Of a DNA stretch of 64,000 nucleotides, positions 1 to 11,054 are shown in pieces. The notes under the pieces were generated by a model. The model was not told the origin of the DNA and ran no database searches. It worked only from the letters and a program-made list of their open reading frames with translations. The translations under genes and the position numbers were made by a program. This stretch comes from Squalus acanthias (Eukaryota), in contig CM059431.1 of assembly GCA_030390025.1 (NCBI GenBank), forward strand, positions 110,424,001-110,488,000, written 5' to 3'. Positions within the stretch are counted from its first letter, which is position 1; each line of letters opens with the position of its first letter.

Positions 1-500
1 TGCAGGACGACGTCCCGAATCAGTGCAGCCCCCATAGTCTCTTCTAAATCGATGTAAGGAAGGTCAAATCAAAATGAACCTGCAAAGTGCTGATCAGTAC
101 CCAAAACTCCTTCACACAGCGTTAAATCTCTCCAGAAGTCTCTCTCTCTCTTTCAGAATCTTTCTCTCTCTCTCAGAATGCGTGGCGCAAAAATGTCGCC
201 GACAAAAAAAGGCAGGAAGCGGCCGCCTTTAAATAGCGCTCCCCCAGCCCCTTCCCGACTGCAAAACGTTCCCCTCTACCTGTCGTTGCTAGCGGCAGGC
301 GGAAAGGCAGGGGGCGCCACTCAATATCCGGTCTGGGGCACTACCGGGGCATTGCACACTCGACTGACGTCACAATCTGCGGGCGCAGGAGATCATGGCG
401 GTAGTGTTTAGCGCCGCCGAAAAATGTCTGGTGAATTTCGCGAGCGGCGCGAACATCGCCACGCCCAGGCGCTAGTTGCTTTGCGCCCTGCTAGTGCCCT
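1..500 (-). mobile_element. PIF/Harbinger transposon, transposase-side end (element continues off the left edge)
   Basis: Reverse-complement similarity to 49840-50340. ATG at 35(-) reads MGAALIRDVVL vs MGAALIGCVVL in the intact transposase. Same (GA)n tract and TTAGCGCC motif. The terminal TIR is missing at the CR1 junction. Confidence 0.85.
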
Positions 501-2255
501 CATCAATAAAAAAAAGGAAGTTTGGGATGGGAATAGGGCCATTAAGGGATAGACAGGCAGCGATAGAGAGATGGCAGAAATATTGAATAATTATTTTGCT
601 TCAGTATTTACCAGGGAGATAGAACAGGTTGACATGACATTGGATCATGAGATTAGTAATGAGGTAAGTGCATTTAAAATAAAAAGAGGGGATATATTAA
701 ATAAACTAATCAAACTCAAAGAGGATAAAACCCCTGTTCCGGATGGATTGCATCCACGCATTTTAAAATAATCCAGGGAAGAGATAGCAAAGGCATTACT
801 ACACATATTTAATAATTCATTAGAAAGAGGACTGGTGGATAGCTAACATAATACAGTACCTATATTTAAGAAGGGGGATAGAACATGACCAGGGAACTAT
901 AGACCAGTCAGCTTAACAGCTTAACATCGGTGGTAGGAAAAATAATGGAATCCCTACTAAAGAAGAAAATAGAAGAACATCTAGAAACCAAAAACATAGT
1001 AATGACTAGTCAGCATGGATTTCAAAAGGGAAAGTCTTGCTTGACCAACCTCATTGAATTTTTTGAAGAGGTATCAGAGCGAGTAGACAATGGTAATGCA
1101 GTAGATGTAATTTATCTGGATTTTCAATAAGGTACCCCATGATAGACTGATGAACAAGGTCAGAGAACGCGGAGTCAGGGGACAAGTAGCAGAATGGATA
1201 GCTAGCTGGCTTCAAGGCAGAAAGCAGGGAGATGGGGTAAAAGGTAGCTATTCACAGTGGCAGAAGGTGGGTAGTGGTGTTCCACAAGGATCAGTGCTGG
1301 GACCACTGCTGTTCACAATTTATATTAACAATTTAAACTTTGGAATCAAAAACACAATTTCTAAATTTGTGGATGACACCAAATTGAGGGGGATAGTCAA
1401 TACTGAGGAGGACTGCAACAAATTACAGGAGGACATTCATAAACTTGCAGAATGGGCATATAATTGGCAAATGAAGTTCAACACAGATAAATGTGAGGTA
1501 TTACATTTTGGTAGGATGAATAGGGAGGTCACTTATCACTTGGAGGGTGTGTGTCTGGGTGGGGTAGAGGAGCAAATGGATCTCGGAGTACAAATACACA
1601 AATCACTAAAAGTTGTGACACAGGTAAGCACGGCCATAAAAAAAGCAAACCAAGCACTAGGGTTTATTTCTAGAGGTATAGAATTGAAAAGTAGGGAAGT
1701 TATGCTAAACCTGTGTCGAACCTTGGTTAGACCACACTTGGAGTATTGTGTACAGTTCTGGTCGCCATATTATAAAAAGGATATAGAGGCACTGGAGAGG
1801 GTACAGAGAAGATTTACAAGGATGATACCAGAAATGCGAGGGTATACATATCAGGAAAGCTGAGGGTGACCTATTAGAGGTCTTTAAAATTATGAAAGGT
1901 TTTGATAGAGTAGATACAGAGAGAATGTTTCCACTTGTGGGGAAGAGCATAACGAGAGGCCATCAATATAAGACAGTCACCAAGAAATCCAATAGGGAAT
2001 TCAGAAGAAACTTCTTTACCCAAAGAGTGGTGAGAATGTGGAACTCGCTACCACAGGGAGTAATTGAAGCGAATAGTATAGATGCATTTAAGGGGAGGCT
2101 AGACAAGCATATGAGGGAGAAGGCAATAGAGGGTTATGCTGATAGATTTAGATGAGGAAAGACGGGAGGAGGCTTGAGGGAACATAAACGCCGGCATGGA
2201 CTGGTTGGGCCAAATGGCCTGTTTCTGTGCCTTATACCCTATGTAATCCTATGAT
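500..2255 (+). mobile_element. CR1 LINE, 5'-truncated, disrupted ORF2 (RT) plus 3' UTR
   Basis: ORF pieces with [48 protein letters not shown] and RFTRMIP. Ends in CCTATGTAATCCTATG tail. Confidence 0.95.
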
Positions 2256-3089
2256 TATATCATTAAGCAAGGAAGCAACAACTGCAGTTACTGTAGGACA
2301 AATGATTGCAGCCTTCACTTTGCCACACAACACGTAACTTCCGGTTTAAGTAATGTAAACATCAAAGTCAACTAGCTCCAGACAAAACAAATCGATGACT
2401 TAACATTGCAGTCTAAATCAATTTACTGTCCCGCAAAAAAACTCCCGCTGTTATTCAGCAGAGACACAGGTTCGGTCCTGCACAATGCTGCGTGTTTAAA
2501 AATGTTGAGCGTGTCAGTACTAAAATGTTTTGCTTGCATAGTAAAGCTCGGTTTGTGCAATAATTATAACTTCCATGCGCATCCATCAAAATTTCACTTT
2601 CTGTGTCAAGTCGAGATGCATGGAAAAGTGTGGAACAAAGCCAAACCAAAATAAATACCAGTCACATATTTTATTTATGTCTGACTACAGTTTATGAACA
2701 CATAATGGTACCGTAACCTCTGATACAATTACATGGCAGTCTTTTAGCCGCAGATTAATTGGCACTAGATATAAGCCCCAATTTTACAAGGTTCTGCCAG
2801 GGGCCCAATTCTTGGTGTGCCCAAATTCAGATCGCACGTCTCAGGGCATTTTTGTGTGGCTTTGCTACCAGCATGTGTGGAGCTTATTGGGAACTTATTA
2901 GGAAACAAAGGAGTAAACATATGGAAATGAGTAAAATCAGGTCCCATGCCAAATTTCAGAAGTTTGGGTGAGGCTCTGCTCGTAGCACTAGCCTTGGGCA
3001 TGAAAACTGAGACCCTCAGTGCGCTGCGCAGGTGAGGCCTGCTCAGATACCAGTGTCCAGCCAATTCGATTCACTCCACTTGATGTAAG

Positions 3090-3400
3090 AAGCAGCTGAG
3101 AGCACTGGAAACAGCAATGGCTGTGGGTCTTGTCAACATCCCTGTGGCAGTGTTGAAGACCTGTGCACCAAAGCTAGCCACTCCCCCTGGCCAAGCTATT
3201 ACAGTGCAGCTATGACACTGGTACCTACCAGACAATGTGGAAGATTGCCCAGGTATATCCTATCCACAAAAAAAAAGGACAAACCTAACCCTCCCAATTA
3301 TCATCCGACCAGTCTCCTCCCGATCATCAGTGATGGATAGAGTCATCAAATAGTTTCATCAAACAACACCCACTCAGCAATAACCTATGCACTTATAGCA
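3090..3400 (+). mobile_element. Degraded non-LTR RT fragment (second LINE family)
   Basis: Translates LKTCAPKLATPLAKLLQCSYDTG..MWKIAQVYPIHKK..PNYHPTSLL, typical of the N-terminal RT region. Confidence 0.7.
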
Positions 3401-3755
3401 ATCCAGTAACATGTAGGCAGTTTCTGACCACAATGATGTCATCCTGGATTTGAATGCTCATTATCCAGGAACTATCCAGCTGTCCACAGTGCCTGCATTG
3501 TTTAAAGGTGTCAAGAGAATGAGTAAATAAAGGGGAAGTTCGAGATCACAATATTCAGCTGGGCCCAACTGCTCCCCCTCCCCGGATACCAATTCAAGTT
3601 CTCCCAAGTATTCTGGGGTCACAAAATTAATTCAAATGGAGCAAAATCAGACAGATTCCTTTTCAGGCGCTCGCTCTAACCTGCTTGATTTAGCCAGTGT
3701 TCAGGAAATTCGATCCGCCCGACTGTAGACCCAAGAGAATCTCACTTCTCAGGCA

Positions 3756-5603
3756 GTCAGGATAGCCGAATGGTCTAAGGCACTGTTTTTAAGGGCTGGA
3801 TTTAACCAACCTTGGAGGGTCCAGGGCGGGCGACGTCGGTGGCGGGTCCCGGCCTCGCTGCTGGCTCCAGCCCGCTGTCCAAAATGATTTTCCCCTGATT
3901 GGGCTTGTTAAGCCCGCCCAGCGCGTTTGCTGGCCAATTGAAGGAAGCGGGTCTGATGACATCATTCGATGACGCGTCATCAGCCGGTTTCCTAAAAGGG
4001 ACCATGCGCAAATTAATTTTGACATTTGTGCTGTCAGTGCTCTACAGCATTGAGGTGCTGCAAACACTGACAGGCACTGCACAGAGGTGCAGGGCTGCAC
4101 ACAGGCTCTCCCATGACTCCTTCCATATGCTTATGGAGGGAGTTACAGAACGCAGGGAGGTTCTCTTCCCTTCCAATGGACGGAAGAGACCTCCGCAGGA
4201 GATCAACACAGCCTGGTTGCACATTGCACAGGAGGACACAAGCAGGGATGTCGTCAGGAGGACCAGGCTGCAGTGGTGCAAACCTTTCAATGATCTCAGT
4301 AGATCACGAAACGTTGCTGCAAAGCCACAGTCAACCTCATCCTGTTGTGCCACTCATCACATCCCCATCACTCTGCCTTCCCTACCTTACTCCTGCACAT
4401 CCTTACTCACATCAACTTATCTTGCACCTCCACCCATCCCTCTCTAATTATATTATCACTTCCTCATCTCACTAGTCACCGCTCACACTCACCCTCATCC
4501 TACTGCAAGCATACCAACTAACAACACACAAGGGTAGGCAATTGTGTGTTTCAGCCAATGTTCATGTGAAGTATCGGTTAATATGCTGTCAAACATTGAA
4601 ATCTTTATTTTCAACATTCTGAGTTCTTGGACAGATTTGTGTGCACCTTTGGAAGTGGCTTAGTGAGTTGCAGTGAATGGTGAGACATAACGGTACCCCC
4701 CACAATGCTGATGAATGTGAAAGGAATGGCTTGGGCATTGTAGGGATGCTTTATGGTGTCGGTGTAGGGTGGTGCCAACCAAACGCATCATGTGGCAGCC
4801 AGGGTGTATAGCGTCAAGTGAAGTAAATCTGGCCATGGTGAGGCCATCCCTGGTGTCCCGGGCAGCAATGTGGTCGGGTGCTGATGCCCTGTGTCCTGTG
4901 CAGCATCAGGTGATTGCGGAGAAGGTTTGTGTTGTTGTTGGTGCTGCTGGTGTACCTGGTGCTGCTGGTGTTGGGGCTGATCGTGGTGGGATTCTGAGGA
5001 CCAAGCTGAAACAGTATAAACCGTACCCATTCTGATGTAATAGATGGCAGGTGAGGTTGAGATGACAGAGGCGATCTGTCAATGGTGAGAGAGGTTGTTC
5101 CAATGAGGTGACACTGGATAGGGAGTTTGCTCCAAACACTTGCAACCTGCAGAAAGCTCAATCTGTCTTCCAAATGCAGTAAGCAACAGCTTCTGAGCTT
5201 GGAAAGTAAACAGCTGTGAGATGCGAGCTTTTATAGCACATTTGCAGCTGTCAAGTAATGAGGTGATTCCATGGCCATTCAGCTCCAGCCCTGCTTACCT
5301 GACATGATCCCCGAGCAGCGTGGACCCCGTGGGTGACCTGGTAAACTCTGAAGTTGAGCTGAAAATAGTTCTTAATCCTCTGTTAATAAAGTCGTAATGA
5401 CCTGAATTGCCTCCCCCGCTGCTGCGTGTCAGGTCTGCTCAGCGATGACAGACCCGACATTTGGGAAAGGCATGTGGTGGCAGGTTGACAGCGAGGTCCC
5501 AACCCACTGTCAAAAAAAACATCGCGCCCGCTAAACCCCCGCAAAATTTCCCCCTAAGTCTCGGTCTCACCTGGAGGCGCGGGTTCGATTCCCACTCCTT
5601 ACA
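3756..5603 (+). pseudogene. tRNA-Leu(CAG)-derived pseudogene split by a Harbinger insertion (5' half 3756-3792, 3' half 5558-5603)
   Basis: Rejoined halves give GTCAGGATAGCCGAATGGTCTAAGGCACTGTTTT-TAA-GTCTCGGTCTCACCTGGAGGCGCGGGTTCGATTCCCACTCCTTACA, collinear with vertebrate tRNA-Leu(CAG) including A box, variable arm and B box. Confidence 0.85.
3793..5554. mobile_element. Internally deleted PIF/Harbinger element
   Basis: TAA TSD at 3790-3792 and 5555-5557. Ends GGGCTGGATTT / AAAATTTCCCCC. Myb/SANT remnant on + (~4075-4310, ..ERREVLFP..AWLHIAQE..RTRLQWCKPFNDL). Transposase 5' region on - (~4880-5035), similar to 18800-18960. Confidence 0.85.
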
Positions 5604-5634
5604 CTCGGTGCTTCTAATCTTACACACAGAACTA

Positions 5635-5793
5635 TTGATCGATAGATTTTTGGATGCTAAGGGAATCAAGGGATAAGGGGATAGTGCGGGAAGGTGGAGT
5701 TGAGGTAGAAGATCAGCCATGATCTTACTGAATGGCAGAGCAGGCGCGAAGGGCCAAATGGCCTACTCCTGCTCGTATTTCTTATGTTCTTAT
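5635..5793 (+). mobile_element. CR1 3' end fragment
   Basis: IDRFLDAKGIKG end, GATCAGCCATGATC 3' UTR motif and TTCTTATG tail. Confidence 0.85.
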
Positions 5794-6389
5794 AATGGTT
5801 ACCATTACATCTTCTGCTGAAATCTATGTAATGTTCAACAAGTTATTTCATGGATATATTGTGGTGACTTCATGTTTTACTTGCAAAAGGTTCACTGCTC
5901 ATAGAATATAACTTGTGTAAACATGTCACAGGTTGACCTGGGTGTAGGAGTTTCGTAATGTTGAAATGTAGAGGAAAAATACAAAAAGCTTTGTTTGAAA
6001 GATTATCTCAGTCTACTTCCTTACCTTCAGCCATGAACCCATGCAAAAATATCTTGTTGTCTCACTATTATATAGTGAGAGGGTCTGGCACTATGCGCTC
6101 CTAAACAAGTCACCATCTTATGAGCTCTCACCATCTCGCTCTGTCCATGGTGTAGTTGGTGGCTTTTGATCTGGCTCCATCTCCATTAACTGAGGAATTC
6201 GCTAAGGCTCTTCCCTCTCTCCCACTTTCTGCACTTCAGCTCAACCTACTGCTGATGATTCCACTCTACAGTCATTGATTTCCTGTGGATCGTACAGCCT
6301 TAGAGTGAGCACAACTTTTCAGTTCTCTTGCAGTGTAATAACACAATCAGCGCCCCTTGATTTCCTCCATGCCCATCAAGGGTTGTTTC

Positions 6390-6912
6390 TTTCAGTTCTT
6401 AACCCACCCCGCCCGGCGGGAGCGGGGCAGCCAAGCAGTGCAAATGGCCACCCGAAAACCTACCGCTCCATTCCACGAGCTTAACTGGGCCCTTTTTTTT
6501 TGGATGGCCGAGGCGCCCACCTGACTCAGGTAGGAGCCTTGTTCATACATGCAAATTGGAGTCCTAAGATGTTATTAGGACCCCGATGGCATCTTAACCA
6601 TGCAGCTGTAAGCAGAGGCCCGAACAGATACGCTTTACCTCCAAGCCGCGCATGGAAAGTCTAGGCCTCTTCTGCCCTGGACTTTTGCCCCTTCCAACCC
6701 GCGAGACCCTGCCAACTCCCCCGCCGCGACTTATCTGCCTGTAGCCAGTTGCCTCTTTACGCCCGTTTCAGGTGGGCCGCTGGCCGGTAGGATGTCAATG
6801 AGGCCCAGGAGTTAAAATAGCCCTGGCTTCAAATTGACGCCACCAAGGGGGTTTGACGTTTTGCCCCACGCCCCCACCTGCCCGAAACCCGCTCCCAGTT
6901 AAAATCCCACCA
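6390..6912. mobile_element. Degraded Harbinger-type MITE
   Basis: GC-rich CCCGCCC subterminal motifs and an AAAATCCCACC-type right end like the other Harbinger ends here. No clear TSD. Confidence 0.45.
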
Positions 6913-7079
6913 GCAGTTTCATGTCTCCCACAAGTCTAGCCAACGAGTACCACCTCTTTAATGGTTCTATTCTTAGTCTTTCTTCAACAACTGATTACCT
7001 CCTCTGACCTCAGATGGAACTCTCACTAATCCATATTGCTAGAGCTGTCTCCAAGAAGCTTGGTTCACTGTTTCATGCC

Positions 7080-7205
7080 TAACACATAGGAACATAGGAA
7101 CAGGAGAAGGCCATTTACCCCCTCGAGCCTGTTCCGCCATTCAATGAGATCCTGGCTGATCTGTAACCTAACTCCATATACACGCCTTTACCCCATACCC
7201 CATAC
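7080..7205 (-). mobile_element. CR1 3' end fragment
   Basis: (CATAGGAA)2 tail and reverse CR1 3' UTR. Confidence 0.8.
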
Positions 7206-7525
7206 CCCATAACACTATTCATTTCAACAATTCCTGGCTTTCTCTAAAGCACCTTGGGATGTTTTACTACGTTAAAGGCGCTATATAAATGTAAGTTATT
7301 GTTGTTGTTATAAAGCCCCAGTCCGTCCATTTACTAAAGATTTGTTAAGTAGTTACAAACCAAGGGTTTGATTTTCATAATGAAACTCTTTATTTATCAT
7401 TTCAGTGTTCTGCAGGAGCTAGATTATTGTTTCAAGGGACAAAGGGTTCTGAAGATTTATCAGTAAGTTAAATATTTCTTGGAAGAGATGACTTATTAAC
7501 TAAGGAAGTAAGTATTTAATGACGA

Positions 7526-9691
7526 GGGTCTAGAAATTCCCTACCTTACCGCCGACCGTTAGTGCCATATTTCTCCAAAAATAGGCGGCCGCCTCGCTTC
7601 CACTCACTTCTGGCGCAGGACACAACTCCCCTTTCAGCATTAGTCCCACACCTTACCTTCCCTCTGTTACTGACCATCACAGCGTCCTCTTGGACACAAA
7701 AAGTATTATTGCAAGAGGTATGGAGTATAAAAGTAGGGAAGTTTTGATGCAACTTTACAGGGCGCTGGTGAGACCGCACTTGGAGTACTGCGTACAGTTT
7801 TGGTCTCCATATTTAAGGAGGGATATACTTGCATTGGAGGCAGTGCAGAGAAGGTTCACTAGGTTGATTCCTGGGATGAAGGGGTTGATGTATGACGAAA
7901 GGTTGAGCAGGTTGGGCCTATACTCATTGGAGTTTAGAAGAATGAGAGGTGATCTTATTGAAACATATAAGATTCTGAGGGGGATTGACAGGGTGGATGC
8001 TGAGAGGATATTTCCCCTAGTGGGGGTATCTAGAACTAGGGGGCATAGTTTCAGAATAAGGGGTCGCCCATTTAAGACAGAGATGGGAGGAATTTCTTTT
8101 CTCAGAGGGTCGTGAATCTTTGGAATTCTCTACCCCAGAGAGCTGTGGAGGCGGAGTCATTGAATATATTCAAGGCGGAAATTGACAGACATTTGAACTA
8201 CAAGGGAGTCAAGGGGTATGGGGAGAGAGCAGGAAAGTGGTGTTGAGGCCAAGATTGGATCAGCCATGATCTTATTGAATGGTGGAGCAGGCTCGAGGGG
8301 CCGATTGGCCTACTCCTGCTCCTCTTTCTTATGTTCTAATGCTGAAATAAAAGCCACCACAAAGCAAACATTCCAATCCAACTTTATCCATATATGCATC
8401 CAAAATGACATCAAAAAATCAACTCATCACCCTTGTGCATTCCCTTATTGACTGTCTTGTGTGTGCCTTTGCCTATCCTACTGATGTCACGCAGTGCTAC
8501 CCCAGTGGCTTCAGCATGGCTGGTGGAAGGCTGCTGATTTTCAGTGGGGGACACTGCAGATGGCCTTGCAGGACAACCTTGAGGAGCTGGTGGCTGGGAG
8601 TGTGCAATCGAGTGACGGTGTTTCTTCTTCTTCTTCACTCTCCTCTCCCGCTTCTTGGTCAACCACTGGCTGGGCAGACTGCATTTCTTGGGTGTCTGAA
8701 ATGAGGAAGGCACAAGGGTAGGGTTGTGGTGAGGGGAGGGCAGGAAAGCAAGAGCTGCATGCTTACGCCATGTGCAGCTTGTACATCAGAACAGATTGTG
8801 GGATGAGGGGGAAGTGGGATGTGAGAAGGCGGATAACATATCAGGATACCAGCATCCTGTACTCTTTCAGCCCCACCACTGGCCAAGGGCTCAGCCATGC
8901 CCCTGCCAAGAATGGTCAGTACCGTCTCCTCCAAGGGGGTGAGGTGAAGCTAGGAATGTGAGGTGTGCCTCGTGTTTGGTAGAGATTGTTGGTAGGTGAG
9001 TGATGGGGGGGTCGTACATTGAGCAGTGTGTGAGGCTAGTTGGTAGGAGACAGCTTTTGAAGAGGCATTCACTGACCTTGACCAGTGATCTGAGCTCATG
9101 AAACTTCTTTGGGCACTAGAGCCAGGTCCTGGAGGCAGCACTGCTGGCAGTGACGGCCTCGGCGATCTGGTCCCACAACCTTCTTTCTGGAGGGCCTCCT
9201 GGCCCCCTGTGGGTAGAGGACATCTCTTCCAGTGTTGACCCCCTGCACAAAGCTGGAGTGCTGCATGCGAAACCCTGGGTGCCCCTTCCCTGGCCTGTTG
9301 AGCCATTTGTGTTAGTGCTGAAACACTTTTACCGTTTTTTCCCTGCAGAAGACAGTTCAGCTTTAAGAACTGAAGACTGCCTAGTTTGGAATGATTTTTA
9401 ATGGTTTTTTTCAGAAGGCAGTTCCCCTTTAAGAAACTGCTTTCTAAGATGACAGCCTTGCTTTAAGAAAAGGCAGCCTCGCTCTAGGGACACTCCAGCC
9501 ACGCTACATTGGTCCTCCTGCTGAGCGAACAGCCTGAAGCAGCGCGCTCGTCGCTCGGCTGTGCGCTCCAATCATTCAAATCAGCAGGTAGCGCCAAAAA
9601 AAGGCGCTGCCTGCAAGATTTTTATGGGCGCGAGCAAATCTCACCCCGCGGTAGCACCGCTTGTTTTCGGGCCTTATCGGATTTCTAGGCC
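7526..9691. mobile_element. Degraded Harbinger with Myb/SANT gene remnants (-), interrupted by CR1
   Basis: Termini GGGTCTAGAAATT / ATTTCTAGGCC. Minus-strand MAQQAREGAPRVS.. (9306) and ..QQPSTSHAEATG.. (8411-8713) resemble the Myb gene at 51710-53757. Confidence 0.7.
7688..8340 (+). mobile_element. CR1 LINE 3' fragment
   Basis: [31 protein letters not shown], plus CR1 3' UTR and tail. Confidence 0.95.
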
Positions 9692-10084
9692 ATTTTCTCT
9701 GCCTCCTATAGGTTACTGGACTATCATGGAGTCCTCTTGGGTAGCAGACATGAATGCTCAGACAGTGCAATCGAAATGAAGTGAATCCTGAGGCAAAAGC
9801 AATTCCTTCCGACTGTTTTCAATGCCATAAGGAATCCACCATGATTTCCCAGTTTCAAAAGTTCCAAGGAGGCTAAGAATAAAGATTTTGGGGTTGATTT
9901 GGCCTCGTTACCACTGTCCGTTCAAAACCCACAGAGCCTTTGTGATCTCACCTCTTGCAGGACTAATTTGCGCACATTTGCAGATCCTTTGGAATCAAAG
10001 ATGTTGAAACACTCACAGTGCAGTCAGATAAAACATCAAACCCCATAATCACAAGGATACTTCTGGCTATTTTCTAAAATATTA

Positions 10085-10195
10085 GTACATAGTTACATAG
10101 AATATACAGCACAGAAACAGGACATTCGGCCTAACTGGTCCATGCTCCACACGACCCGCCTCCCACCCCTCTTCATCTGAGCCTATCAGCATAAC
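10085..10195 (-). mobile_element. CR1 3' end fragment
   Basis: ACATAGTTACATAG tail and reverse of the 3' UTR seen at 2150-2255. Confidence 0.75.
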
Positions 10196-10416
10196 GTTAG
10201 TTCTCAGTTAATCATACTTCAAATAATAAATAATTAAAACTGACGTTATAAGGGAAAACAGTTAACAAAATGCATTTGGCATACCCTGTTTTGTTTGCTA
10301 AATACTCAACATGATGTAACTCAATTCGAAGAGACGCTGTATGTGACATTAATGTGACAAAAAAGTATTTTGGCTGTCCTCCCTCATAAACAAAAAATGG
10401 TTTGTCAAGCATATTC

Positions 10417-10925
10417 CCATGAACTCCGCTGTCCGTGTCCTAACTCGCACCAAGTCCCATTCACCCATCACCCCTGTGCTTGCTGACCTACATTGGCTCC
10501 CGGTTAAGCAATGCCTCGATTTCAAAATTCTCATCCTTGTTTTCAAATACCTCCATTGCCTCACCCCTCCCTATCTCTGTGACCTCATCCAGCTCCACAA
10601 CTCCCCCGAGATATCTGCGCTCCTCTAATTCTGCCCCCTTGAGCATCCCTGATTATAATCACTCAACCATTAGTGGCCATGTCTTCTGTTGCCTGGGCCC
10701 TAAGCTCTGGAATTCCCTACCTAAACCTCTCCGCCTCTCTACCTCTTTTTCCTCCTTTAAGACACTCCTTAAAACCTACCTCTTTCACCAAGCTTTTGGT
10801 CACCTGCCCTAATTTCTCCTTATGTGGCTCGGTGTCAAATTTTTTGTCTTATAATACGCCTGTGAAGCGCCATGGGACGTTTTACTACGTTAAAGGCGCT
10901 ATATAAATACAAGTTGTTGTTGTTG
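10417..10925 (+). mobile_element. L2-clade LINE 3' fragment
   Basis: NSAVRVLT..HSPITPVLADLHWLPV..KLWNSLP..FKTLLKTYLF. Tail AAAGGCGCTATATAAATACAAG(TTG)n. Confidence 0.9.
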
Positions 10926-11050
10926 AACACCGTACTCCAGTGCAGTACTGAGGGAGTGCTGCACTATCGGAGGTGCTATCTTTTGGATTAGACGTTAAAC
11001 CGAGGCTTCATCTGCCCTCTCAGGTGGACATAAAAGATTCCATGGTACTG
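10926..11050 (+). mobile_element. SacSINE1-like SINE fragment
   Basis: CTCCAGTGCAGTACTGAGGGAGTGCTGCAC..CGTTAAACCGAGG, reverse complement of 24365-24480. Confidence 0.75.
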
Positions 11051-11054
11051 GCGA

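Noticed and set aside
3756..5603. Functional intron-containing tRNA
   Set aside because: The insert has a TSD and Harbinger content, and sits at the anticodon rather than the canonical 37/38 site. The stems are mismatched.
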